DNA of 64,000 nucleotides, taken from positions 319,486,001 through 319,550,000 of the forward strand of contig OZ024742.1 of assembly GCA_964016885.1 (NCBI GenBank), given 5' to 3'. The DNA is from Eledone cirrhosa. Taxonomy: Eukaryota. The translations under genes were made by a program, and so were the position numbers. Of this stretch, positions 11,290 through 24,213 are shown piece by piece. A model generated the notes under the pieces. That model was given only the letters and a program-made list of their open reading frames with translations. It searched no databases and was not told where the DNA came from. How positions within the stretch are numbered: position 1 is the first letter of the stretch; each line of letters begins with the position of its first letter.

Positions 11290-11582
11290 TATGTAGATTT
11301 AGCTGGCCTTCTATGAGGTTCCATCTCAGGTGGTTTGCAGAGGTGTTTTTAATGATAGGAACCTTCAGTCATGTCATGAAAAATTTCTTCTCTGGACCGG
11401 ATGCCATTCCATTGTAGAATTTAACCACCAGCTGCTGCAGATAATAATATTTTTTTTCAGCTGAGAAGACCCAAACAACATGAAATGAAGCACCATGTTC
11501 AATAACACACCACACGGTGCAGGAACCAAACTCACAGCCTTATGATTGTGAGTTCTATGCCCTAACTACTAGGCTGTGTGTC
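11290..11582 (-). mobile_element. Diverged SINE group 2 (tail type II)
   Basis: agatttagctggccttct...aggtgtttttaatgatagg; head remnant tatgattgtgagttctatgccctaactactaggctgtgtgtct. Confidence 0.55.
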
Positions 11583-12599
11583 TTTTGGTTTCACCAAACT
11601 AGTTACTGAGAGCAGCTGTGAATTTTTAAAACTTTAATCTGTCAATCATGGCTTTTTTTTTTTTTTACATCTGTAACAGCACAAATTATTTCCTTAGTTC
11701 TGGAAAATGTTCACATTGTAACTCTCTTAATCAGAAAACACACCTGGTGTTATGATTTGAAATGGTTTCCTTTAATGTGTTTATACTTATCTAAAAACAT
11801 TCCTTTATCATTTTATGCAACTGCTTTTGTTATGTTCCAAACACCTAATTATAAGAAAGTTAGTTATGTTACTAAATCCCTCCACATTCCTGATTATTAA
11901 AAAAAAAGTTTTGGAAACCATAGGAAGTGTCTTTCACTAGAAATATTGCTACAAGCGGGTTAAGAAAGAGAAAGTTATATTCCTTCTAAATTCTTGAATA
12001 TTTTAAAAATCATTTGAAAACTACTGGTAGTCTTTTTTATGAGAAATATGTTAAAGAAAGGATTAATGATTGCCAGAAATTAATTATGTCAACAGTAAGT
12101 TGGAACTGGGTGATGCACATAAAATCTCATTTTCCATAATGAATTTGTTTTCAAGCCAATATGTATGTTATTAGATGGTTTCATGATCTTTCTAAATGTG
12201 AGGATACAGTTTTCTTTAGCATAATTGAGAAAATGACTTTTAAATGTCTGATACCTTAACCTGATTTCTTCCAACATATTTTATAAAATTGCCATTATTC
12301 TCAGCACATCAGTTCTGCTTTTTAAACTCTTAATGTCCTGTACTGCATGGACAGTAGGATGACAGTCTTAAATACAAAACAGCACTATAATGGCATCACA
12401 TTAAAAATTAGTCTCTAGTCTAATTCTGCAATTTTTCACAAATTAAATTAACAAACCCATGTTTTAGATATTTTCTGCTAAACCATTACAGTATATTAAG
12501 AGTTAAATGCAAAAACTGATTCTATTCCTTGTTGATATCCTTTAATTGTTCTTGATCTGCAATTACAAATTTATGGTGTTGAGAACAACACCATAACAT

Positions 12600-12743
12600 C
12601 AGTATGAGTAGCCAGTTATGACCAGATACAGCCAGTTTGAAAAGAAAGGGGTGAGAGAATTCTGGCCGGATACAGCCGGTTTGAAAAGAAAGAGATGAGA
12701 GGATTCTGGCCGTGTATGGTCGGTTTAAATGCTAGAGGGTTAA
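12600..12743. mobile_element. piggyBac-type MITE fragment
   Basis: ggtttaaatgctagagggTTAA end; duplicated internal ggccggatacagccggtttgaaaagaaa. Confidence 0.55.
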
Positions 12744-12924
12744 ATAGTAACAACAACAATCTAAAAAAAACAAACAAAACAAAAACATTCTGGGTTAAAT
12801 TTATTCTGAAGTTATTTAAAAAACTTATGAGTGTTATTGTTTTACATCCATTTTTCCATGCTTGCACAAGTTAGACAGAGCGAGAGCATATCCCAGTTTC
12901 ATGAACATTGAAAGAATTATAGAC

Positions 12925-13280
12925 TCCCTCCTTGTGTCGCAATGAAAAGCACCCAGTACACTCTGTAAAGTTGCTGATGATCAAGCGAAGACAATAGAGC
13001 ATTGAGAGGACTCTCTTGTCAGGCTGAGTATATGACGACCCTTGTAGTGCTATGGCATGGTAAAATGCACCCAATACACTTTTGTAAAGTTGTTATGCTA
13101 GTGCCACAATAAAATGTACTCGGTACACACTGTAAAGAGGTTGGCATTAAGAAGGGCATCAAACTCTAGAAAACTTTTTAAAATATGTAATGTTCGAGCA
13201 AGACTTGGTTATCTGATCATGTATCCTCTTGAACTATGATGGCCTGTACAACACATGACAACATGGAAAGCAGACTCAAT
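12925..13280 (+). mobile_element. Degenerate RTE-tail-related repeat
   Basis: Three copies of an aaa(a/t)gcaccc..tacactctgtaaag module, then ggcattaagaagggcatc. Confidence 0.5.
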
Positions 13281-13956
13281 TTAACAAAATTGTTCCAAAC
13301 ACAAAATTAATTATTTTACTAAATTTTATCACATTTTTGATTATTTTCTAAATTAACTAAAATGCATGAGTGGTGTATCTCATTAGAAATAACCATGAAA
13401 GGATAAAATAGCACCAGAAGGATACCACTGTTTGAATTCTAACTTTCATTATTCATATATTGACTGCTCTGAACCATCGTAAATAATGTCAGAAAAGGTA
13501 CTGGGGTATCTCAAAGTGCATAGTCTATTATATACATACTTTAATTAAGTTAAGAGAAAATTTTTGCAGTTCTTGATATGTACACCGAATTGATGTGTAT
13601 TCATCATAATCTTCATTAGTGCACTTGCTAATAGATAGTCCAGTTCAATATTTTTGCATTTAATTACTTTCCTGAAATACATATAAGACAACCCCCCCCC
13701 CCCCCCCACACACACACACATTTAATGATGATGAATGAATATATGATAATAATATTGAATGGATATAGTACACTGTAAGGCCAATGTGCAGTAGGAACAA
13801 GAATAACCTGATCTGCTTTTTACATCCACTCCTAGTCACTAAGTTGCATTGTTGATATGTGTGTGTATGTTGGTGTAGATTCATTCCTAGGTATCTGTGT
13901 TAACACATTTATCCACCAATGAAAATATTAGATGGTGGATACTAAAAATAAAATTA

Positions 13957-14411
13957 CTGTATATACTCGTATATAGGCTGAGCAATATGTAACAAACAAA
14001 TTGGTGGTAAAATGGGGGTCGGCTAATATTGGAATTCAATATTTTGCTGATTTCCACCAACTTCAAAATTCAATGTCAATGAGGTGTTAAAATATTTTTG
14101 CTTTGGTTTTATTTTTGACGTGAAAATTCATGTTTTGAATAAATATGGCTTTCAAAATATTCAGAAAACAGTAAAAAATCATTACATAATGAATTTGTGA
14201 AACAAAAACTTTACTCTAAGCAACACTTAAAACATTTAAATATCAAAATTTTAAAAGTTCATAAATATATTCTCAAATCATGAGAATTTGTAAACCATGC
14301 CATCTAAACGTAATGTGTTGATTACCTGCCTCAGATTATAAACGGGGTTTGAATTTTTGCCTATTTCTCAGACATAAAATAGTGAGTCAGTTTATATTTG
14401 AGTATATACAG
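13957..14411. mobile_element. Tc1/mariner-superfamily (Tc2/pogo-like) MITE
   Basis: TA|CTGTATATACTCG ... TGAGTATATACAG|TA terminal inverted repeats with TA TSD. Confidence 0.75.
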
Positions 14412-14509
14412 TAATTCTAATACTTTGCAGTATTTATTCTCAATTGTGTGTGTGAAGAGTAATTACATCTGCATTTCCATGTGGGGTTAATGGTAGTGTT
14501 ATCTACCAG

Positions 14510-14801
14510 ACCAACTGCTCCTAACCTGGTGGCTATGAAACTCTAGAGGTTCACAAAAGTTGTAGTTGATGTATGAAGGGGTGTCTGTGAAATAAGTTCA
14601 AAATCTCATGAACTTTGTTAAAAACACATGCACACACTATTGGGTATCAGTTCTTCTCTAAGTTAAAAGATTTCTCTCTTTTGATTGTTACTCATTGTGT
14701 CTGTAGAACCATCTGGGAGAAGAGTAATTGTAATGAGGAGTCAGGGAGGGGTATTCATTAAAATAAAAGGGGTCATTAGCAAGGAAAAGTTTGGGAACCA
14801 C
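14510..14801. mobile_element. Degenerate hAT-like MITE
   Basis: Right end aaaagtttgggaaccact (CAGTGGTTCCCAAAC-type TIR); eroded left end ctgctcctaacctgg. Confidence 0.45.
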
Positions 14802-15174
14802 TCTGCTAAACTAATATGTTTACACTTGACCTACAAAATGCGTTTACATGTGGAATGGTGTCTGGCCCAGAGGTGAGACTAGGGCCTCTATCATTAAAAC
14901 ACCCAAGAAACCTACCATATGCAACCTCATAGAAGGTCAGCTAAACCTGAAAAGTTGAGCTGTAACAACAACAACAACAACAACATAACTAATCTGAAGG
15001 AATTCTGGAGTAGTGGCATATTAATTGTTATATTAACAGAAATGAAGAAATTTTTGTAAATGTCAAGCACTGTTAATATTTGCTGCATATCATTATATAT
15101 CTAATTAATTAGTCCATGTGGACATACCACTGATTATATTAAGGGCATAATATATTGACTATATTACTGTGTTG

Positions 15175-15177
<3 letters not shown>

Positions 15178-15249
<72 letters not shown>

Positions 15250-15270
15250 CGTGCGTGCGTTCATGCGTTC
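15178..15270. repeat. (GT)n compound microsatellite
   Basis: Seen directly. Confidence 0.95.
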
Positions 15271-15307
15271 ATGTGTTAATTTGACAGCCTTAACACCTGT
15301 CTACACT

Positions 15308-15342
<35 letters not shown>

Positions 15343-15344
15343 AT

Positions 15345-15673
15345 GGAGGCACATGGCTTAGTGGTTAGAGCATTGGCCTTGCAATCGAAAGGTTGTGAGT
15401 TCAATTCTCAGACCGGGTGATCCTTGAGCAAGACACTTTATTTCACATTGCTCCAGTTTACTCAGCTGTAGAAATGAGATGATAGGGACTGGGGTCCATA
15501 TCATTCCACTGCAAAGTGGTCGTGGAGGTGCCACGGCAAAAAAGCACCCAGCACTCACTGTAAATGAGGTTGGTGTTAGGAAGGGCATCCAGCTGTAGAA
15601 ATCAAGCCAGAATCAGTTCCTGTCCCACCCTTGCAAGCAGGGAAAAGCGGACGTAAAATGATGATGATGATGA
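15345..15673 (+). mobile_element. tRNA-derived SINE group 2 with RTE family A 3' tail
   Basis: A box tggcttagtggttagagc, B box gagttcaattc, CORE-like ccttgagcaagacacttt; tail homologous to the RTE-A 3' UTR, ends (GAT)n; (TA)n flanks. Confidence 0.9.
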
Positions 15674-18600
15674 TATATATATATAATTCAATGTGATATT
15701 TTACACATAATAAATGAAGACAGATTGCATATCGATAAAATATCATAATCGGTTTAGCATGTTTTATGTGGGTGGTACAGTTTACTTCTTGTTTGGAACA
15801 AGTATTTTACTTTGGGTTACTTTGTTTGGTGTGGAAAATTGATGAAATGGGGTGCATGATTTCTGCCATGACTGATTTCTGCCCATAGACCCATGCACAT
15901 ATGTACATGCATGCCTTCACAGTTTAGACATATTTACATGTTTTTCGTAGTTGCAATGGTTGGCTGGCTTACATTCTCTCTCTGACTGGCTGACTGATTG
16001 GAACAATTGATTGTAGTCAGACCTGGAGAGGGATCAGCTCTGCCATGTTTAAAATTGGTGGCAGCCTCTACATTTCTATTGGGAATTGGGCACCAAAGAA
16101 AGCAATTTATACTGTAAATAAGTGTAGCAATGTGCTATTGCAGGAAATTGTTATTTTTATTTGGAGAATTGATTGAACTCATTGCAGAAGAGAGTTCAGT
16201 GTGAAACACTTCCATATAGTGATATAGCCTATCATAAAAATAATGAAGAATTATTTGAAAAACAGTTGAGAAATTAAAACAGCAAAGGAAAATTCAAAAA
16301 ATTCTAATTAACATTTTTGATTTTAAAAATAAATTATTTGTTGTTTTATCTCATGAAGCACTTTTTATTTGAATTTTGTTTTACCTTTAATTGAAGAACC
16401 TGAAGTATAGTTGGCTTGAGAATTATTTGTTGGATATAAAGGTTGGCATTCCACTTTTTGTTTAGTTAGCTGTTCCATGCACAAATTTAATTAGGCAAGT
16501 ATTTTTCCAAGTTCCAATTACACTATTGCCAGTGTGAAATGCTTTTTCAGAAACTCAACTCCAAATAGAGTAATTGTTCTGGATTCTATTTAAGGACTAG
16601 GCAATCTTAAAAAAAAAAAAAACTATTAAGAGAGATACAAGTATTTAAACTATGTGATAATTACATAGACCAACTGTGTTGATGTTATGTGTATGTGATT
16701 TAATGGCCTTTTTGTTGTGTGTGTGTAATTTAATGTCCATTTTTGTTGTAGGTGTAAGAGAGGGTAAATGAGAAAGCACGAAGGTGAGGGGGGGGGATTG
16801 GTTATTACCTACATTTGAATGTTGCCTTTAGATGCTGCAGACAATTGTTGAGTGAAGTAATATATAATGGGTTGGTTTCAGTTTAGGAAATTGACTTTAA
16901 ACAGAGCTTCATCCTTTCACTATTGTGGCTCCACTGAGCCAAATTTGACTAAATTGACTTCAGTATGTAATAGATGCTTATTCTATTGACTTTTTTTTAA
17001 GAGAAGAAAGGTAAAGTCAATTCCAGAAGATGTATTGCTGTAAAACTTCCTGTATTGCTACATTACCATACAACTGAATTCTAATCTCATAATTATAATC
17101 ATATTGGTGATTTTTAACAACTGCATATATTTTGTTTAATATGCCTATACAATGGCTGATTTTAATCAAGTTGCCATAATTATAGTTATTATTTAATAAT
17201 AATTATATGTAATGTCAATGTATTGTGTTAGGTCCACATAATGATTACCAATTTATATTTTGTAAAGCCAGATCTGAAAACCCATTATTTTAGTTGCTAA
17301 AAATGACTCACCATCACTGAAAATCCCTTCTGGCAATCATGCATCCTTGATATAGCAGAGACTATTTCAAAGTTTGACCTTCTCCTTCAGGGTTAGCAAA
17401 TATGTAAGTCCTCAACAACTACTGATTATAAAGCTCAAGTGAGGCCCACAATGGAAGCTATTTACTGATACACTTCAACCTCTGGTCCAAAGGCACAATG
17501 TATCTTCACTCTGCTTTTACCACCACTACTAAAATTTGCTCTGCTCCCCAGAGTTGGCTGATCTCATGTCATCTCCACTCCATTGTCTCTCTTTTTGGTC
17601 ATCCATATTGTGTCTAAACCCTTCAGATCTGTATTAATCACTTTACTCAGTCCTTCCTCTTAAAATGTCAGTCCTTTGGAATTCCCTTACTACTCATATT
17701 TTCCCAGCAGCTGTCAATTTGCAACTGTTTCGGAGAAACATTGTGTCAATCTCACTGGTCCTAGTCAGTCTATGAAAGCCATGAGTGCTGCCCATTCCTT
17801 CAGACAAACCCAAATATAAAGAAAATCTCGTGTTAATTAGATATTAGCACTTTAATATCACACTGATCTTCATCTTGTTAGTGGCTTTGTCAATTTCAGG
17901 GCCATCATCAGTATTGAAATTTCCCCGAGAAGTTTTTCCATGTTTGCTGAAGCTGATTAAATTGGATGTAATGATAAGTTTCCACTATATAATTTAAAAG
18001 TAACAGATACTGAACTTGTTTTTGTTGTGTCCTTTTAAATTTAACAAAAGCCTTTCTCTCATAACAAATAAATTAAGTTGAATTTCTTGAGTAAACTAAT
18101 ATGTATCGGAGCTAAATTAACTAATCATTGTTATATCCAGGGAAGAGTTTAGTCTTCATTATTTTCTTTTTAGTTCGAACCATTTTGCTGTTGAATGTCT
18201 ATATAGAATAATTTTTTATTTCAGGAGAATAATGCTATGGATTCTGGATAATTTCTATTGTTTCACTCTCATTCAGCTGCTTTTGATTCTAAATAAAATT
18301 AAGTCTTGCAAACAAATGAATAGCTTTTAATAATATTCATGAAGAATATGTTAATATTTTCATTTGTTCTTGTTGGGTTCCATTCCATTAGCATCACCAC
18401 TGTTTCATAGATATGGTAAAATTTTATAGGAGTATTGGATGTAAATGTCTTTTCTATTCCATTTACAATATAGCTTAATTTTCGATGATTTTTATTTTTT
18501 GTTATCTATTCAAGTATCAGCATGCCCTTCCCCATTATTTTTCATTTAACAGGGAGGTAGAGATTCTTAATTGTGTATACCATTTCTTAAGGATTTACTT

Positions 18601-18894
18601 AAGAGAACTATTTTTGTTTTGTTTCAAACAAATGATAAAAAAGACAGCATGTAAAATAACATAAATAAATAAAAGAAAGTTTAATGATATAGTTCGGATA
18701 TATGAGTAAATATTTGAATTCTTTGTTTAATGATTCATATCTGAATCATGGAATGTGGAGTCATTTAAGTCATACTTATCTCATGATATTATGTGGGAGA
18801 ATATGTTATTAATAATCTATTAGTATATATACATTGTTTTATTGAACAGATTAAGTAATATTTGGTTTCTTCACCAAACTTAATCAAAGTGTGT

Positions 18895-19648
18895 GTTTGT
18901 GTGGAAGACTAGGGATAGTGGCTTATTTTTGGCTAGTTGCCTTCCTAAAAAAAGGGAATCTGTAGTACTTTTGCCATGCATGAAATCAAACTGCATTTTA
19001 TCTAATTTGCCTTTTTCTCTAATTAGCTGTGCTAGAACTCTTTCTGTCACTTTCATAAGTTGGTCTATTAGTTTTATTCCTCTGTAGTTGTTCCTTTCTA
19101 GTACATCTTTGTCCTTGTAGCAAATTATGATTGTACTGCTGCACCAGTCATTGGATACGACACTGTCCTGTATTACTTGATTGACTATGTGGGCTATTAA
19201 TTTGACTTCTGCTTCTCCCGATGCTTTTAGCATCTCAAAAGGTATCTCTGATGGTCCGGCAGCTTTACCATTATTCATCTCTTTGATTGCTTCTTTAACT
19301 CTATAACTGTCAACTTCAATGGCTGGGCCTTCTGTTGGATGAGTTGGGGTTAGTTTCTCTTCCTACCTTTCATTCTTTACATTCACCAGTCTCTCATAGT
19401 AACATTTCCAGGCCTCTTTCTTTTGAGCATCAGTGGTGCTAAATGCACTGGTGTCGTTTCTAACGCACTTTTTCCCAACATCATCATGATTCACACTGAC
19501 ATACTGCCTTGCCATGCAGAACACTTCGCGTTCTGATCCTCATATCTTAGGATGTTGGCAAACTTTCTTTCTTTAGCCTCTCTCCGCTCTGTGTATACCT
19601 GATGTCTAGCTTCTTTCTTAACTAGATAGTACTGGTCTCTGCTACCTC
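18895..19648 (-). mobile_element. Older RTE LINE fragment (linker plus early RT domains)
   Basis: ORF 18880..19278: GKAAGPSEI...NYRGIKLIDQLMKV...MQFDFM; homology to RTE-A continues upstream. Confidence 0.85.
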
Positions 19649-19822
19649 AAGAACACGGTGTGCCACCTATTCCAAATATCAAACCCATAACCTTATGATC
19701 GAGAGCCCAACACGTTAACCACCAGTCCACACATATTCACACACATACTCGCGTGCACGCACACGTAATCATGGGAAAACGGATGTAAAATGTTGGTGAT
19801 GCTTGTGTCTGTCTGTCTGTAT

Positions 19823-20110
19823 GAAGGCACATGGCTTCATGGTTAGGGTTTTCAGTTCATGATTGTAATGCCTTAAGTTCGATTCTTGGTAGCACATTGT
19901 AGCTTTAAGCAAAACAATTTATTTCAAACGACTACAGTCCACTCAACTAGCAAAAATGAGTTGTACCTGTAATTCAAAGGGCCAGCCTTGTCACACTCAG
20001 TGTCACAATGAATTACCCTGAGAACTACATTACAGGTGCATGTACTTGTGTAATGCTCAGTCATGAGCATATTAATTTCATGATTAAGTTGTTCCCATTT
20101 TTGAAACAGC
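19823..20110 (+). mobile_element. SINE group 2 head with tail type III
   Basis: gaaggcacatggcttcatggttaggg head, gttcgattc B box, tail gagttgtacctgtaattcaaagggccagccttgtcacactc. Confidence 0.65.
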
Positions 20111-20254
20111 TGGAACACTTGTCAGAATCTATGTTGGCTCAACACGCAGGCGCGCGCGCGCGCGCACACACACACACACACGCACACGCACACGCACACA
20201 GACACACACACACACGATACATGCACCCCCACCTACATACATTGATAAATAAAA

Positions 20255-20931
20255 AGAGGGAGGGGTCAGATAGACAGAGAATGCCTTTTAGGACATTAGT
20301 TGTCACCTCTATTTTGTGTCTTACATTCATGTTCTATGGATTTTAAACAGATTGTGTGACAGACAGAACAGCTCTCAATTATAATATAGACTAGCAGAAA
20401 ACCATCCGGGGGGCAGTTTTCTGCTAGTCTATATATCTAAAACAGAGAATGTCTGTCTGTCTGTCAGCTCACTAAAACTTGAGAACCATCCAACCGATTG
20501 TTTTCAAACTTTAGACATGTAATACTTATGGTGCTGTGAGCGTTTTGAGCAAAAATTATTTCAAATTTTCAATGCCCTAGGGACCGCATTAGGCGATTTA
20601 GCGTTCTCTCTATATAATTCTTAGTTTTTCTTTTTAGATAGATACATAGATATAACGTTGCGCCCTTATAATATCTGTCTGGCTGTCTGCATTACGTCAT
20701 GCCGCGCTCAGCGCGATTCCCTCGGCCTCAGCGACCAAAGTCAGTGGAGAGGGGAAGGTAATGTTTCTGTAGCACGTGTTTTAGGGTCTATTCACTCTCT
20801 CCCTCTCTCCCATCCCCCTCTCGTAGTCTGTCTCTTTCTTTCACTCTCACTCTCTCTCTACGCACGTGTTTCCACTGTTGGACAGACAGACAGACAGACA
20901 GAGAAATTGCTGGTTATATATATAAGTAGAT
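20255..20931. mobile_element. Cluster of Helitron-like 5' termini around a CTAG-containing hairpin
   Basis: tctatatatctaaaac...tgtctgtctg (+, from 20428); tctatattataattgag...ctgtctgtc (-, near 20391); tctacttatatataacc...ctgtctgtctg (-, near 20930). Confidence 0.55.
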
Positions 20932-21147
20932 TAATTTTTTTCATACATATAACATTCCACATTAATTATATTTTAAAAACTGGGGCTTAGAGTGAAGAAA
21001 TTGATTATCTTTAGGATGTTCTTATATTGAAATAATGGCTAATTACTATAGCTCTTTCATGACAATATTTCTGCTGAACTATGTATTTCAATTAATTTTC
21101 AATATATTCAAAATTGAAATATCTAACTTTATATATTAGTGTATATT

Positions 21148-21295
21148 AGGTGGTGAATTGGCAGTCATTGGCAGTCATCAGATTAAATCCCTTGTTGTTC
21201 TGGTTAACTGTCCTCAATTCAAATACTGCCAAATGTCACCTTTGCCTTTCATCCTTTTGAAGTCAATAAATAAAGTACCAGTCCAATATTAGTGG
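21148..21295 (+). mobile_element. Diverged SINE group 1
   Basis: ggtggtgaattggcag...tttgcctttcatccttttgaagtcaataaataaagtaccag. Confidence 0.65.
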
Positions 21296-21837
21296 TCAGT
21301 TCTTCCTCTATCTCTCTTTATCTCTTTCTCTGGCTTTCTCTGCTTCTCTAGAAGACATTAACTATATTCAGGCCTAGGTAGGGATGGGCTCTGCCAGGTT
21401 TAAAGTGCCCATGACACCATGTGTCTGGATGATGCCCCTACATCTCCAGGAGTAATGAACCTTTTCCTTTCTTTAATATAAAGATGTTGACTAACTGAAA
21501 TCTCATTATAATGCTATTTAATACCTATTATAAATAGATTTAATGATTCTGATTATAAATTGTGTACATTTTAGTATGGGTAATCTTGAGCAGGTTGATA
21601 TTAAGTGGGCAACACATTTTGAGAGTCTGTGCTCACATTTGCAATGGTCTTCTAACAAATTCTCTTGCATGCCCATAGAAATTTTGATCAGCAGATTAGT
21701 TTCTATTGTATTTGCATTTTACAAGTTATTTTATGGAGAAAGAGAACAAAAAAGTTTGAAAGCTTTATTAAAGAAGTTTGTGTTTTTGTTGTTATAGTGT
21801 TAATCATAGGCTGTACCACTAAGAGCAGAGATGATAG

Positions 21838-22957
21838 ACATTTTGTGTCCTAAATGCAAAGTATGGGTGCATAAAAGATGTAGTGGGATCACAGGTAAGC
21901 TAACTAAGAACATAGATTTTACATGTGGCCGGTGTTCTGGTGCAATAAGTAGCAGCAAGTGCCCACACAATACTAGCTCTTTCAATTGCGCAGAGGGTTC
22001 TATAGAAATAGTGGACAGCTTCCGTTACCTGGGCGATAAAATCAGCAGTGGGGGAGGGTGCTCTGAAAGTACTGTAGCTAGAGTCAGAACTGGTTGGAAA
22101 AAGTTCAGAGAGCTTATACCACTATTAGCTGCTAAAGGGTTCTCCCTAAAAATGAAAGGCAGGTTGTACGATGCCTGCATACGAACAGCAATGTTGCATG
22201 GCAGTGAGACCTGGGCATTGTGTGCAGAGGATATACGCAGACTAGAGAGGAACGAAGCTTGCATGCTCCGCTGGATGTGTAACAGTAATATACGTGAACG
22301 GCAAAGCATAAACGAACTAAGGAAAAAATTAGAGATAAGAGGGATCAGATGTTGTTTACTCGAGAGAAGGCTACGTTGGTATGGACACGTGATGCGCATG
22401 AAAGTCGATAGCTGTATAACAAAGTGCAGGGCAATAAAGATAGACGGTAGCCACGGAATAGGCAGACCTAGAAAAACCTGGGACGAGCTGATAAACTCCG
22501 ACCTCACACACTTACACCTCTCCAAGACAATGTCACTGGACCGAGACCTTTGGCGGTACTCAGTAACAGAGAAGACCCGCCTTGCCAGTAGGCATCTCTA
22601 ACAAAATACACCCCGTCCCACCACCACCACCCCCACCCCATCCACACCACCCCGTCCTATGTAAAGTTATGTTGGTGCCGCGCCATCCGGGCCGAAACAA
22701 ATGAGATCGTGTAGGTGTCACGACAAAAAAACACACAGTCCACGCTGTAATGTGGCCGTGTAGGCAACACGGTAAAAACCTCCCAGACCCACACTGTAAA
22801 TGTGGTTGGTGTTAGGAAGGGCATCCAACTGTAGAAAACCTGCCAGACAGTCCTATGCGAGCAAGACAATCACTCTTGCCTCAAGTGGGACTACCCCCGT
22901 CCAAACCCATGCAAGCGTGGAACACGGACGTTAAACGTTGATGATGATGATGATGAT
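21838..22957 (+). mobile_element. RTE LINE family B, 5'-truncated inside the PHD finger
   Basis: Open frame to 22601 (ILCPKCKVWVHKRC...FRYLG...RLRWYGHV...GRPRKTW); 3' UTR with C-rich tract; (GAT)n tail. Confidence 0.95.
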
Positions 22958-23149
22958 TGCTGCTTTAACATTACTTAGAAGCATTTAAACAATTTTTAAA
23001 GCAGTATATAATTGAACTCACATATCCACTCCTGAAGTGATTCACCCCACTTCCATAAAATCATCAACAAAAAATCCTATCTCAGGTATGTCTATAAAAT
23101 GTCTTCATATGCCATATGGTTTTACTCTGGGCTACAATGGATCATCAGA

Positions 23150-23348
23150 GAATTGGGTGAAAGGTCTTGCAGTATCTAGTTAGGCTTTTTTATGTTCTGA
23201 GTTCAAATCCAGCTGAGGCCAGTTTTTCCTTTCACCCTTTCAGGGGTTGATGAAATAAAGTACCAGTTAAGTACTATAATTAACATAGTTGACTTAGATT
23301 GCTCTGCACATTAAATGGATGGCATTGTGCATAAATAAGAAACTATTA
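23150..23348 (+). mobile_element. Diverged SINE group 1
   Basis: ctgagttcaaatcc...cctttcaccctttcaggggttgatgaaataaagtaccag. Confidence 0.65.
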
Positions 23349-23747
23349 TATGTATATTTTCTGTCTCCTACAGTACATATTCACAGCCTGATATATAATT
23401 AGTACAATTGGTAATACCTATTAGCCATCAACTATGGTATTGGAAGGGCGACTTATTAACAATTAGAATTACAATTAAAAATGTTTTTGTTTTTTTAAAT
23501 TGTGGCCGATTTCAGACATTAACATCTGTTGACTGATTACTCTGGCAAAATATTCATCAGATCATTGTTGCATGGTGTATGCTGGGGTTCCTAACCCTTT
23601 TCATCTCATTTACTCTTTTAAAACTTTTCAAAAGTAAATTTACTCCCACTACATGTTTAGTTCAGTAATTTGATTTTACATTTCTACCATAACACATGAC
23701 ATAAAAAAAATTTAAATGACTGTTTTTAGCATTATTATTTTAGGTCC

Positions 23748-23940
23748 AATAATTGTTTCTACTTTTGGCACAAGGCCACCAATTACCCAGTATATTACTG
23801 GTACTTTATTTTATCGACCCCGTAAGGATGAAAGGCAAAGTTAACCTCGGCGGGATTTGAACTCAGAATGGCAAGGGCCGTAACTCAATGCGTCAAATTA
23901 TGGCGTCCGACCCTCTACCGATACTGCCAATCTATCGCCC
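23748..23940 (-). mobile_element. SINE group 1, full length
   Basis: A/B boxes and core; 16-bp TSD ttttaggtccaataat at 23738-23753 and 23942-23957. Confidence 0.92.
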
Positions 23941-24006
23941 TTTTTAGGTCCAATAATAGCAGAAAATAATGTTATTTTTACCTATGAACAACTAATGATG
24001 GATAGT

Positions 24007-24213
24007 GAAGGTTCATAGCCTAGTGGTTAGGATGTTGGGCTCACATTCATTAGGTCATTCTTGGAGGTTGTGCATTGTTTTTCATCAAATTATTTCATTT
24101 CACGTTGCTTTTAGTGATAGGGATCGGGCCCCTATCATTAAAACATCCGAGAAACCTTCTTTAAGATGCAACGTTGTAAGAGGTTAACTAAACCTGCATT
24201 GATATGAACTGTA
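24007..24213 (+). mobile_element. SINE group 2, tail type II
   Basis: gaaggttcatagcctagtggttagg head; ccctatcattaaaacatccgagaaacc tail. Confidence 0.7.
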
